Shown here: positions 41,985-52,642 of the stretch, piece by piece
Position numbering within the stretch: position 1 is the stretch's first letter
Layout of the letters: each line of letters starts with the position of its first letter
Assembly: GCA_963789955.1 (NCBI GenBank)
Contig: CAWBMV010000034.1
Span: forward strand, 896,001-960,000
Direction: 5' to 3'
DNA: 64,000 bases
Source of the DNA: an uncultured Candidatus Rokubacteria bacterium
Lineage (GTDB): Bacteria; Methylomirabilota; Methylomirabilia; Rokubacteriales; CSP1-6
The notes under the pieces: generated by a model
Databases searched by the model: none
Seen by the model: the letters and a program-made list of their open reading frames with translations, nothing else
What the model was told of the DNA's origin: nothing
Made by a program: the position numbers and the translations under genes

Positions 41985-42130
41985 CCCATGGGCCCGTGAA
42001 CACGACCCGAGGCTACACGCGCATCGTGAACCAGCGCCGGGCGGCGGCGGTCCGGGCCCTTCCGACCTTCGCCGTTCACCAGCCTGATTCATTGATCCCC
42101 GTACCCCCTGGATCATCGGCCGGTGAGTGA
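41985..42130 (+). pseudogene. Tyrosine recombinase C-terminal remnant
   Basis: HGPVNTTRGYTRIV fits the H-x4-TT-x2-Y box II spacing; rest of the gene absent. Confidence 0.5.
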
Positions 42131-42184
42131 GGTCGCCGTAACCCCTTGTGGCAGCGTCGGAAATAGGCGAAGCTGGGATCAGGG

Positions 42185-42203
42185 TAAGATGAATCATTGT
42201 TCA
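42185..42203 (+). promoter_or_regulatory. -10 box TAAGAT with overlapping imperfect palindrome TGAATCATTGTTCA (possible TetR-type operator)
   Basis: Directly upstream of the thiolase RBS gggagg. Confidence 0.45.
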
Positions 42204-42223
42204 GTTTCTCCTGGGAGGTCGCT

Positions 42224-43369
42224 ATGCGGGATGCAGTCATCGTGGGCGCTGTCCGAACGGCAGTTGGGCGCAAAGGCGGAAAGCTCTCGGGCATTCGCCC
42301 GGATGATCTCGCGGCGCTCGTCCTCAAGGACCTGGTCGCCCGACTGAAGGTCGATCCGGCCGAGATCGAGGACGTCATCCTCGGCTGCGTCGACCAGCTC
42401 GGTGAGCAAGGCTTCAACATCGCCCGAAACGCCGCACTGATCGCCGGCCTGCCCGTGGAAGTGTGCGGCACGACGCTCGACCGGATGTGCGGCTCCGGTC
42501 AGCAGGCCGCCAACTTCGCGGCGATGGGCGTGATGGCGGGTCAGTACGACGTGGTCATCGCCGGCGGAATCGAGCACATGACGCGGGTGCCGATGGGCTC
42601 CAACGCGATGGGGCCGGGCGACGGGCCGCTCTCGCCGAAGCTGCAGGAGCGCTTCAACATCGTGCCGCAGGGTATCTCGGCCGAGATGATCGCCGAGAAG
42701 TGGGGACTGAAGCGGGAAGAGCTCGACGAGTTCTCCGCGCAGAGCCACGAGAAGGCGGGCCGCGCCATCGCCGAAGGGCGCTTCAAGCGCGAGATCGTTC
42801 CGGTGACTCTACCGGACGGCTCGGTCTTCGACACCGACGAGGGCGTTCGCGTCCCGGTGAATCGCGACAAGATGGCGTCGCTCACGCCGTCGTTCAAGTC
42901 GGACGGTGTCGTGACGGCCGCCAACTCCTCGCAGATCTCCGACGGCGCCGCGGCGCTGATGTTCATGTCCGCCGAGCGGGCCAAGGCGCTCGGCCTCAAG
43001 CCGCGCGCCCGCGTCGTCGCGACCGCGCTCGCCGGCGTCGATCCGACGATCATGCTCACGGGCCCGATTCCCGCGACCCAGCGCGTGCTCCGCAAAGCCG
43101 GCATGAAGCTCGACCAGATCGATCTGGTCGAGATCAACGAGGCGTTCGCATCCGTGGTGCTCGCGTGGGAACGCGAATACCACCCGGATATGAGCCGGGT
43201 CAACGTCAACGGTGGAGCGATCGCCCTCGGACATCCTCTCGGTTGCTCGGGCGCGAAGCTCATGACCACCTTGCTCCACGAGCTGGAGCGGACGAACAAG
43301 CGCTACGGCCTGCAGACGATGTGCATCGGCTTCGGCCAGGGCATCGCGACCATCATCGAGCGGCTGTAA
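42224..43369 (+). CDS. Thiolase (acetyl-CoA C-acyltransferase)
   Basis: RMCGSG, NSSQISDGA, EINEAFA, NGGAIALGHPLG, MCIGFGQG. Confidence 0.95.
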   Translation: MRDAVIVGAVRTAVGRKGGKLSGIRPDDLAALVLKDLVARLKVDPAEIEDVILGCVDQLGEQGFNIARNAALIAGLPVEVCGTTLDRMCGSGQQAANFAAMGVMAGQYDVVIAGGIEHMTRVPMGSNAMGPGDGPLSPKLQERFNIVPQGISAEMIAEKWGLKREELDEFSAQSHEKAGRAIAEGRFKREIVPVTLPDGSVFDTDEGVRVPVNRDKMASLTPSFKSDGVVTAANSSQISDGAAALMFMSAERAKALGLKPRARVVATALAGVDPTIMLTGPIPATQRVLRKAGMKLDQIDLVEINEAFASVVLAWEREYHPDMSRVNVNGGAIALGHPLGCSGAKLMTTLLHELERTNKRYGLQTMCIGFGQGIATIIERL

Positions 43370-43392
43370 CCGCCATCGAGCGGCTCTAACCG
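43354..43392 (+). repeat. Tandem duplication of the thiolase 3' end (20-bp period)
   Basis: catcgagcggctgtaaccg / catcgagcggctctaaccg. Confidence 0.75.
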
Positions 43393-43407
43393 AGGCACGG
43401 AGGGGAC

Positions 43408-43491
43408 ATGGCCGGCTTTCGTTGCGCGAAGTGCGGGAAGGTCGCGATGGCTCAGAAGATCTGCTGTGGCCGACCGATGAAGCGCGCCTGA
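43408..43491 (+). CDS. 27-aa Cys4 microprotein, desulforedoxin-like motif
   Basis: RBS ggagggg; MAGFRCAKCGKVAMAQKICCGRPMKRA. Confidence 0.65.
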   Translation: MAGFRCAKCGKVAMAQKICCGRPMKRA

Positions 43492-43493
43492 GC

Positions 43494-45791
43494 TCAGGCG
43501 GGGGCGAGCGCGTCCTGGATCGCTGAGTCGAGCTCGCCCGGACGGACGGGCTTGAAGAGGCACTTGCGGATCTTGAGCGTCTTCAACCGTCCGTGCTCCT
43601 CGTCACGCAGACCCCAGCCCGTGATGAGGAGGATCGCGATGTCCGCGTCGACCCGCCGCACGCGCTCGGCCAGCTCCCACCCGTTCATGCCGGCCATGCC
43701 GAGGTTCGTCAGGACCACGTCGAAGCGCCCCGGCCCGTAAGCGGTGAGCGCGGCTCCGCCGCTCGCCGCGGCGGTGACGGTGTGGCCAACGCTCCGGAGA
43801 ATCTCGGTCAAGGTGCCGAGCACCTTTGGGTCGTCGTCCACCAGCAGGACCCGGGCGGGCCGGCGCGCCCGCGGCAGGGCCGACTCGGGCTCGGCGCCGA
43901 CGGGCTCGCTGGCGACCGGGAAGGTGAGCGTGAAGGTCGCGCCGCGGCCCGGCTCGCTGTCGACGCGGATGTCACCGCCGTGCCGGCGCACGATCGCGTA
44001 GACCATCGACAGGCCGAGCCCCGATCCGCCCTCGCCCTTGGTCGAGAAGAACGGCTCGAAGATGCGCCGTCGGACGGCCTCGGGCATGCCGATGCCGGTG
44101 TCGGTCACCGTCAACACCACGTGCCGCCCGGCCTCGCCCCGCGTCGTGACCGTCAGGGTGCCGCCGTCGGGCATCGCGTCCAGAGCGTTGAGGAGCAGAT
44201 TCGTCATCAGCTCGGTCAGCGCCGCCGGACGGCCGTTGATGGTCTCGATCGTTCCAAGGTCGAGCCGAAGGTCGATCGGCCGGTTGTCGCGCGCGATCTT
44301 TTCCTCGAGGCGCGGGCGAATCATCGCCACCGCGTCGTGCACGCTCTGGTTGACATCCACTCCGACCGGCGGACCGTCCGGACGCAGGCGCGCGAACTGC
44401 TGGATGCGCCGGACCGTTTCGGCGCCGTCGACGGCCGCCGCCTCGACGACGTTGAGCGAGCGGCTGACGAACTGGGCGTCGTGGAGGCTCTGTTTCATGA
44501 GCTGCGCGTAGCCGAGGATCGCCTGGAGGAGATTGTTGAAGTCGTGCGCGATGCCCCCGGCGAGCTGGCCGAGGGCCGTGAGCTTCTCGGACTGGTGCAG
44601 CTGCTTCTCGACCTCGCGCTGGGCCGTGATGTCGCGCACGATCGCGATCAGGCCCTCCAGCCCTCCGTGGCGTCCGTGGAGCGCCGACAAGGTCACCGCG
44701 AGCTCGACCGGCCGCGGCTGCCCGGCGGTGGCCGTCGTCTGGAATTCGTGCCGCGGCGTGCCCTCGGCCAGCCGGCGCCGTGCCTCGGCGTAGTCGCCGC
44801 GCGGGAGCAGCTCCGTGATCAGGCGTCCGATCGCCTGCACCGCGTTGCAGCCGAAGATCCGTTCGGCCGCCGGGTTCCACTTCTCGATGCGGTCGTCGGG
44901 CGAGAGCGAGATGATGGCCTCGCCGGCCGACGAGATGGTCTGCTCGAGCCGCTGCTTCGTGTCGGCGATCTCGCCGTAGAGCTTCGAGTTGCGCAGGGCG
45001 ATCGCCAGATACTCCGAGAGCATCTCGAGGAGCTCGCGCTCCCGCGGATCGATGGCGCGCCGCGTGGCCCGGTTGTCGACGACGAGGTGGCCGAGCGTTC
45101 CCTGCATGTCGCGGATGACGCACACCACGACGAACGGATCGGTCTTGTCGACGCCGGTCGGCATTTCGAGCACGATGTCGGCGCTGTCGTAGCCGAGCGA
45201 GACCCGCAGCTGCTCGATCAACGCGGCGGTCACGTTCTGCGGATCGAGGTGGCCGACGATCGTCCGCGAGATCTCGCGCAGGATCGAGAGCTGGGCGACG
45301 CGGAGCGACTGCTCGTTCGCCTCCGCCTGCTCGAGCTCGCGGGTCTTGGCGGAGAGCTTCCGCATCTCTTCGACGAGCCGCGCGACCTGGCCGCGAGTGC
45401 CGAGATCGGTCTGTCGTCGCACGAGCGCGCGGTGGACGACGTCCTCGAGGTCCTGGCGCGAGAACGGCTTGATGAGGTACTCGAACGCGCCGTTCGTGAG
45501 CGCGTGCCGGACGGTCTCGAGCGACGCGTAGGCCGTGATCATCACGACCTCGATGGACGGGTCGGCGCGCTTGACGTGCCGGAGCAGCTCGAGCCCGTCC
45601 ATCTCGGGCATCTTGATGTCCATGATCACGACGTCCGGCTGAAACCGGCGGAGCAGATCGAGCGCCGTGCGCCCGTTCTCGGCCGTCTGGATGGCGTAGC
45701 TCGGCTTCAGCAGCATCCGCAGGGACTCGCGGGGACCGAGCTCGTCGTCGACGACCAGGACGCGCCCGAGCGCGCTTGCGGTCATGCTCAT
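43494..45791 (-). CDS. Hybrid histidine kinase REC-GAF-PAS-HisKA-HATPase-REC
   Basis: VLVVDD, DIKMP, KPF; GIAHDFNNLL; NALDAM, DTGIGM, GSGLGL; the C-terminal receiver has TN where TD is usual. Confidence 0.92.
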   Translation of the reverse strand: MSMTASALGRVLVVDDELGPRESLRMLLKPSYAIQTAENGRTALDLLRRFQPDVVIMDIKMPEMDGLELLRHVKRADPSIEVVMITAYASLETVRHALTNGAFEYLIKPFSRQDLEDVVHRALVRRQTDLGTRGQVARLVEEMRKLSAKTRELEQAEANEQSLRVAQLSILREISRTIVGHLDPQNVTAALIEQLRVSLGYDSADIVLEMPTGVDKTDPFVVVCVIRDMQGTLGHLVVDNRATRRAIDPRERELLEMLSEYLAIALRNSKLYGEIADTKQRLEQTISSAGEAIISLSPDDRIEKWNPAAERIFGCNAVQAIGRLITELLPRGDYAEARRRLAEGTPRHEFQTTATAGQPRPVELAVTLSALHGRHGGLEGLIAIVRDITAQREVEKQLHQSEKLTALGQLAGGIAHDFNNLLQAILGYAQLMKQSLHDAQFVSRSLNVVEAAAVDGAETVRRIQQFARLRPDGPPVGVDVNQSVHDAVAMIRPRLEEKIARDNRPIDLRLDLGTIETINGRPAALTELMTNLLLNALDAMPDGGTLTVTTRGEAGRHVVLTVTDTGIGMPEAVRRRIFEPFFSTKGEGGSGLGLSMVYAIVRRHGGDIRVDSEPGRGATFTLTFPVASEPVGAEPESALPRARRPARVLLVDDDPKVLGTLTEILRSVGHTVTAAASGGAALTAYGPGRFDVVLTNLGMAGMNGWELAERVRRVDADIAILLITGWGLRDEEHGRLKTLKIRKCLFKPVRPGELDSAIQDALAPA

Positions 45792-47743
45792 GAGGTGGCG
45801 AGCGGGAGTGTCACGAGGAAGTGCAGCTCGTGGCGGCCTTGCCGGACCGCCAGCTGTCCGCCGACCGCCTCGACGAGACGCTGGCTCACCGCGGGCCCCA
45901 CGTCGATCAGGCTCTCCTGCACCATCTGGACCGGATCGAAGACGCGCTGGAGCTTTTCGGGCGGCACCGACGCGGTGCGGGAGCCGACGAGGATCCGGAC
46001 GCCTTCGCCGCCCTCACGCTCGGCGTGCCGCGCCACCGAGACCGACACACGCGCCTGGTCGGGGGGCGAGTTGTGCGCGAGATACCAGATGAGGTATGAG
46101 AGCGCTTTTCGCAGCTGCGCCGGATCGATCTTCACGACCTGCGGCGTCGTCTCGCGGGTCACGTCGAGCTGCAGCGGCCGGGCGGGAACTTCGTCGACGA
46201 GCTCGATCGCGGTCACCACGTCGTCGACAACAGTGTGCACATCCACGGTGGTGAAGTTTAACTCACCTTCCGTCACGAGCCCCGCAAGTTTCTCGAACAC
46301 CTCGACCAATCGGCGCACGTCCCGACGGACGACGGATGAAAAATGTCGACGGAAATCGGGGTCGTCGTAGCGCTCACCGATGAGTTCGATGAAGGTGTTG
46401 ATCGACACCAGCGGATTTTTGATCTCGTCGGCGATGCGCGCGACCACGCGCGTGAGGAGCTGGGTCTGCTCCACCTGGCGCTTCTGGGTCAAGAGCTCTT
46501 TCTGCGCCGTCAGATCTTCGAAGACGAGCACGGCGCCGAGCGGCGCCCCGTCCTCGCCGCGCACCGGATACGTCGAGACCTCGAGCCACAACCCGCGCAG
46601 CGCGAGCTGGATCTCGTGTCGTCCGGCCGCGCGCCCGGTCTTCAAGGTGTCGAAGAGCATGTCGCCCAGCGGTGACGGCAGGGCGCGCAGATCCTGCTTG
46701 AGGACCTCGCCGGATGACAGCTGGAGAATCTCCTCGGCCCGGCGGTTGATCGTGCCGATGCGCTGATCGCGCCCGATGGTGATGACGCCGCTCGACATGT
46801 GCGCGAGGATCCGCTCGCTGAACTGCTGCTCGCGCTCGAGCTGGTTGTGCAGCGCGATGTCGCGGATGGCGGTGGCCAGATGCGACGCGAGATCGAAGAG
46901 CGTCTCGGTCTCGCCGCGCCGATACATCGAGCCCACCAGCGGCTGCCCGACGGTGAGAATCGCGACGAGCTCCCCGTGCGCCAGGAGCGGCACGGCCAGG
47001 ACGCTCTGAAGCAGCTTCAGCTCGCGCGTGATCTCCGGGTCGCTGAGGTCGTGAAGACGCGCCGGCCGTCCCTGGGCGGCGAGCCAGCGGGCCAGGCCCT
47101 GCCCGGCGTCCAGGCGCACCGATTCGACGATCGGTCGGGCGAGCCCGCGATGGGTCGCGACGCGGTATTCCTGCGCGTCGGCATCCGGCAGCAGCAGCGC
47201 CATGCGCGTCGGTCGCACCAGCTCGCCGATCGCGTCGAGGAACATCTCGAGGGCGCGCGGCAGATCGAACCCGGCGGCGAAGGCGCGCGTGAATTCCTTG
47301 AGGACCCGCGCGAAGGCCGCGCCTTCCCACGGCTCGTCGGGGCCGGCCAGCGTACCCGGCGCCCCGGGGGCCAGGCTCGAGCGCAATGCGGTGATCTCAC
47401 GGGTCAGGCGAAGCTTGTCGGTCACGCGTCGCAGCACGCCGTCGAGCTCACGCTGGGTGAATGTGACCGGGAGCGTGAAGTCGGCGGCTTCGGCGTCCTC
47501 GGTCGCCGCGCTGATGGCGACGGTGAGCGCCGATGGGGCGATCGACCGCACTCGCGCGACGAACGAGCTGACGTCGCGCGGCATGCCGGCCCCGCCGCGG
47601 ACGACCACGTCGATCTCGATGAGTCGCAGCGTCTTGAGGGCCTCGGCGTCGTTGGAGGCCGTGAAGACGGAATGGTAGCCGAGCGCGACCATCAGACGGG
47701 CCCGCAGCGCGTCGTCGGACGTGACGACCAGGATCGTGTTCAT
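45788..47743 (-). CDS. Pseudo-histidine kinase: pseudoREC-GAF-PAS-degenerate HisKA/HATPase
   Basis: RIADEIKNPL (His replaced by Asp); N, G1 and G2 boxes lost. Confidence 0.85.
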   Translation of the reverse strand: MNTILVVTSDDALRARLMVALGYHSVFTASNDAEALKTLRLIEIDVVVRGGAGMPRDVSSFVARVRSIAPSALTVAISAATEDAEAADFTLPVTFTQRELDGVLRRVTDKLRLTREITALRSSLAPGAPGTLAGPDEPWEGAAFARVLKEFTRAFAAGFDLPRALEMFLDAIGELVRPTRMALLLPDADAQEYRVATHRGLARPIVESVRLDAGQGLARWLAAQGRPARLHDLSDPEITRELKLLQSVLAVPLLAHGELVAILTVGQPLVGSMYRRGETETLFDLASHLATAIRDIALHNQLEREQQFSERILAHMSSGVITIGRDQRIGTINRRAEEILQLSSGEVLKQDLRALPSPLGDMLFDTLKTGRAAGRHEIQLALRGLWLEVSTYPVRGEDGAPLGAVLVFEDLTAQKELLTQKRQVEQTQLLTRVVARIADEIKNPLVSINTFIELIGERYDDPDFRRHFSSVVRRDVRRLVEVFEKLAGLVTEGELNFTTVDVHTVVDDVVTAIELVDEVPARPLQLDVTRETTPQVVKIDPAQLRKALSYLIWYLAHNSPPDQARVSVSVARHAEREGGEGVRILVGSRTASVPPEKLQRVFDPVQMVQESLIDVGPAVSQRLVEAVGGQLAVRQGRHELHFLVTLPLATS

Positions 47744-50199
47744 GCCGACACCGGAAGCGTCGCCGAGGCGGCGACGGGAAAGTCGACGGTGAAGACGGCG
47801 CCGCCCGCTTCGCGGTTGGCCGCTCTGATGCGGGCGCCGTGCGTCTGAGCGATGGAGGCGCAGATGGCGAGACCGAGGCCGGAGCCGCGCTCCTTGGTGG
47901 AGAAGAAGGGTTCGAAGACCCGCTCCAGGAGCTCGGCCGGAACGCCAGGACCCGTGTCCACGACGGCGACGATAACACGGTCGGCCGTGGTCGCGGCCTC
48001 GACTCGCACCATCCCCGCGGGCGCCGTGACCTCGTGGGCGTTCATCAATAGGTTGACGAAGAGGCCCTCGAGCTCCGCGTGGTCACCGAGGACGGTGATG
48101 GGGACCTGGCCCATGGCCGAGGACAGCACGATGCTCTTCTCGGCAAATACCGGGCGCATCGCCTCGATGGCGTCTGTCATGGGCGCGCGCACGTCGATCG
48201 GACGGTGCGGGCGCTCTCCGGGCCGTGACAGGACGCGGAGCCGGTCCAGCAGGCGCTCGATCTTGGCGATCTCACGGCCCACGACGCGACCGAAATCGGC
48301 CACGAAGCGCTCGTCACCCTGTCGGCGCGGCAGCAGCTGGGCGAACGTCTTGACCGCTACCAGCGGGTTCTTGATCTCGTGAGCGATGCCCGACGCCAGC
48401 ATCTCGAAGTAGGCGAGCCGCTCGGCCCGTTGCCGTTCCACTTCGAGCGCCTTCAGCGGCGTCAGATCGCTGAAGACCGCGACGGCTCCCAGCACGACGC
48501 CGGCCTGATCGTGCAGCGGCGACGTCGCGCAGATGACCGGCCGTGTGGTGGCGCCGTCGGACAGCTCGGCCTCGGGCTGCGTTCGAGCGCCGCCACCGGC
48601 GATCGTCTCGGCGAGCATCTCGCTCAGGCATGCCGGCAGCACGCTCAGCGGCTGGTACCGAACGCTCTCACCGGCCAGCCCCGTCAGCTGCGCCGCGGCC
48701 CGGTTGAAGAGGGTGACCTGCCCGCTCGCGTCGACCGCCACGACCCCGCTCTCGATCGTGGAGACGATGTTGTTGAGGTGCTCGTTGGCGAGGAGCACTT
48801 GCGCGTAGAGCTGCGCGTTCTTCACCGCGACGCCGGCCTGATTGGCAAGCGTCATCAGGAGATCGAGATCCTGGGGATAGAAGGGATCGCCCGAGAGCTT
48901 CGGCCCGACCACGATAGCCCCGATGACGCGCGCTTCGGAGATGAGCGGCAGGACGAGCGCCCAGTTGAGGCGCGAGAGCGTCTCGTGCAGCCGCTCGCGC
49001 GGCGACGGTCGGCCGTTCGTGGGCGATCTCGTCCGTCAGCAGAAGGTCCTTGGTCTGGGTCAGCGCGGCGATGATCTCTTCGGGCGCCGCCTCGGGCGTA
49101 TCGAAGTGACTCTGCGCATGGCGCTTCTCGGCGATCGCCCGCCGCAATCGTGGCCCGGGCTCGGAGGTTCCGGCCTGCAGGTAGACGGCGGCGCCCTCCG
49201 AGTTCGTCGACGTCGCCACGGTGTAGTTCACGAACTGGAGCAGCACCTTGAGATCGAGAACACGCGTCAGCGCCTCGCTCGCTTCCCGCAGCGTGCGCTG
49301 GTAGTTCACGCGGGTGCGGTAGACGTAGCGATCGAGGAGCCGCCCCGCGGCGTCGCGCGTGAGGGGGATGAGGATGCCGACGGCGACGACGGCGACGATG
49401 AGAGCGCCCAGCTCGTCGGCGTCGAGCTGATCCGAGAGCCTCGGCCAGGCCAGCGCGAGCAGACCGCCCACCGGGACGAGCGAAACCGCTAGCGCCAGCG
49501 TGAACGTCAGGCCTCGGTGAATGACCAGGCGGACGTCCATGACGCGGTGGCGGATGATGCCGTGAGCGATGAGCGCGACGAACGCAAGTGAGAAAAGTGG
49601 CCCAATCCAGTTGATACGCCGTGATGCCGGAGACGATTGGGAGCACAAGGTTTGCGACAATTCCACCGCTAGTGCTGACCACGAATCCCAAAGCGAGATA
49701 GAGGAGTTGGATCCGAGCCGACCCCTTAGAGCGCGACCACTTCGAGAGGAGGACGATAAGGGCCGCGAGCCACGAGAGGAGAAAGTAGATGGCGAACAGC
49801 GGGTATAGGGAACCCGTCTGCCTTATCCGGGCCTGCGTCCGTTGTCAGCGCGTCCTTTACGATCAACTTCGTGGTCAGAGAAACAATGGCGAAACAGACG
49901 CCCAGCGCGAAGCACAGCTGGAGAACACGCGGCCCGAGCCATTTCGTGGGCGTTGGGTAGTAGCGAACAAAAGCGAGAAACGCCGCAGGCACGAGGCTAG
50001 CGCCCGCGAATGCTGTTGTTGCCCAGAAGACAAGATTCCCTCCGGAATAGAAGAGGCCGACTCCCAAGATCCAGATCGCACTGAAGAGCGTGAACGCTCC
50101 AAATGATCGATGCGATGAGGCTTCAGGGCGGGCGCGCCAAACGAGTATCCCAAGCCCGAGGACCATGCAAGCGACCAGGCATAGTGACGCCTGAATCAT
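47740..50199 (-). CDS. 7TM-GAF-PAS sensor histidine kinase; frameshifts near 49845, 49620 and 49000
   Basis: Multi-TM N-terminus, IIRHRVMD, GPKLSGDPF, GIAHEIKNPL, DTGPG, GSGLGL. Confidence 0.85.
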
Positions 50200-52629
50200 G
50201 TAGTCGATGACTCCGTCGGAACACCCGGGAATTCGACCTCGGCGATCGTTCCGCCGTCGAGCAGTGAGCGAGGTAGCAGCGTCAAACGTGCTCGATGAAA
50301 ATCGGCGATCTCACGACAAATCGACAGCCCCAAGCCGGTGCCGGACGGTTTCGTCGTGAAGAAGGGCTCGAAGATCTTAGGGCGCACGGTCGGATCAATC
50401 CCTACGCCTTCGTCGAGAACTCTAACAACAATCGAATCAGCCACGATTCGGCCACCGGAGCGATCCGCTTCTATGGTGACTGTGCCGCCTTCGGGCATAG
50501 CCTCTACAGCGTTCTTTAGAAGGTTCACAAACAACTGGACAAGTTGACCAGGGTCGCCGTGAATCTTTGGCAACTCGTCCGCACAATGTAGCTCGATCTT
50601 GACCAGTTGCTCCTGAGCTGTAGGGGAGTGGATAGCGACGATGTCGTGCAGCAGCGGTGGTATTGACACGATACTCAGCTTTCCCCCCTCGCTGGGAGCC
50701 ATTAGACGAAGGCGGTCGGCAAGTCGGACGATTCGCGCAACTTCCATGGGAAGCAGTCGCACAGCTGTATCCCGATACTCGGGATCGTCGAACCGATCGG
50801 GGAGCATGGAAACTAAGTTAGAGATGGCCGCAAGGGGGTTACGAATTTCGTGCGCTATCCCTGCATAGAAACGCGCCATGATCGCGAGGTGTTCAACTCG
50901 GCGTTGATTTCTTTCGAGAGCCTTCACCGCTGAGAGATCAGTTGCAACGACCAAGGCTCCGGAAACGCGCTGTTCATCATCATGCAGGACTGCCGTTGAC
51001 AGGATCACGTGAAGGATGCCGCGGACCACGTGATCGATAGTGACCTCAACCTCCCGTGGATGCCAACCGCCACTCAAGGCGAGGACTAGAGCCCATCCAA
51101 TCTCTGACGGTAGGACGTGCATCAGGGCTCCGTGGTACTCATCGCTCAACCCCAACAATTTGGTGGCCGCTGGGTTAAAACTCGTGATTCGGCCCTCAAC
51201 ATCGATGGCTACTACTGCCGAGTCAATCGATTCGAGCAGACGATCCGAGTACTCAAGCATCTGAATGCGCTGGCGATAGAGAAGCGCATTTTCGAGCGCA
51301 ATTGAGGCAAGATCCGCGACTGACTCAATAAATCCCAGGTCGTTTTTGAAGTAAGCGTCTCCACTGCGCCGTGGACCGAGGAGTACCAAACCCAGTAGCT
51401 GGCCCCGACGACCCAGCGTCACAAGAACTTCTACGCCGGCCTCGCGAAGTGCCGCATGGGTGCGCTTGATCTCACCGACTTCTTCGCTTGGGCTGACGAC
51501 AAATACTGAAGTGCCGGGTTGCCGAGCGTGGAGTGCTGCTAGTGCTCGCGGATCAATATCTGGGGGCACGTCCGGTGAAAGGCGTTCAAAGGAGTCGTTC
51601 GGAAATGACTTCACTAGTAGCGTAAATGATTCGGGTACGAGCACCTCATTTAGGATCTGGCGGAGCTCGGACGCAAGTTCCGCGGGCTGCATTAGGCGGC
51701 TCAGGCGGCGCGTCGCACCTGTGAGGGCGATAGAGTGCTCGATGCCTCGATAGAGATACGGATCAACCAGGCGGCTGATGAAGCGTTGGGCTGGATGGGA
51801 GAGCAAGGCGAGCGCGACAATTGTGACAACCACTAGATTCGGATGCACGAACAGCGTCTCAGCCTCCCAGGCGGGCGAAATTAGTCGCGCACTGACAATG
51901 AGAACAGCTGAGGCGACTCCCATAGCAAGTGCATAGGCGAGGCCTCGGCTGATGAATAGCCGAAGGTCCATCAGTCGGTGACGAATGATTGCGTGTCCGA
52001 CCATCGCGACGAGAATCAGGCTGAAGTACGGTCCAATCCAGCTGTATGTCGAACGACCGGTCGCCATGGGTAGGACTAGGTTGGCGGAAATACCACCCAC
52101 ACCAGAAAGGATGATTCCAGCCCCGAGATATTGGAGTTGGGCGCGTGCTATGCCTCGTGCGCCCCACCACTTGACTGCAAAAACGACGATGGCGGCGACA
52201 AAGGTGATCAGGAAGTAGAAGAAGAAAACGACGTAGAGGGGGCCAGTTTGTCTGGTTAGCCCCGCTGGTGTCATCGTCGTGCCATAGACGAGCAGCGGCG
52301 TCGATAGCGCGAGGCCGGCTACCGCACTGGCAAAGATCAGAGTGCCTCTAAGGAGGGACGTGGGCGGCCAGGTGCTTAGTGTGGGATACGCCCGCATGAA
52401 GGACAGAAACGAGGCAGGAATCAACGCCGCGCCGGCGAACGTGACGCGAGCCCACGCATCTAAATGCGCACCGCTTTGGAGGCCCGTTATTCCAATCACC
52501 CAAACTGCTACGAAGAGGGTGAAAGTAGCGAAACCACCTATTGATGGCGCTCGAAGGCTGAGCAAGCCATACGAAAGCCGCAAGTGCTAGGAGTAGCGCT
52601 ACGAGTGCAACGAGCGGGACGAAAGGCAC
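50196..52629 (-). CDS. 7TM-GAF-PAS sensor histidine kinase; frameshift near 52530
   Basis: Multi-TM N-terminus, IIRHRLMD, GPRRSGDAY, GIAHEIRNPL, NAVEAM, DEGVG, GTGLGL. Confidence 0.9.
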
Positions 52630-52642
52630 CGAAAGTCTCGCC

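Noticed and set aside
18382..42130. Classical integron, prophage or diversity-generating retroelement
   Set aside because: No recognisable attC pattern, intI, phage structural genes or reverse transcriptase by eye; IntegronFinder would be needed to exclude attC formally
43354..43392. Duplicated thiolase 3' end as an integration scar
   Set aside because: The copies are directly adjacent with nothing between them; slippage is simpler
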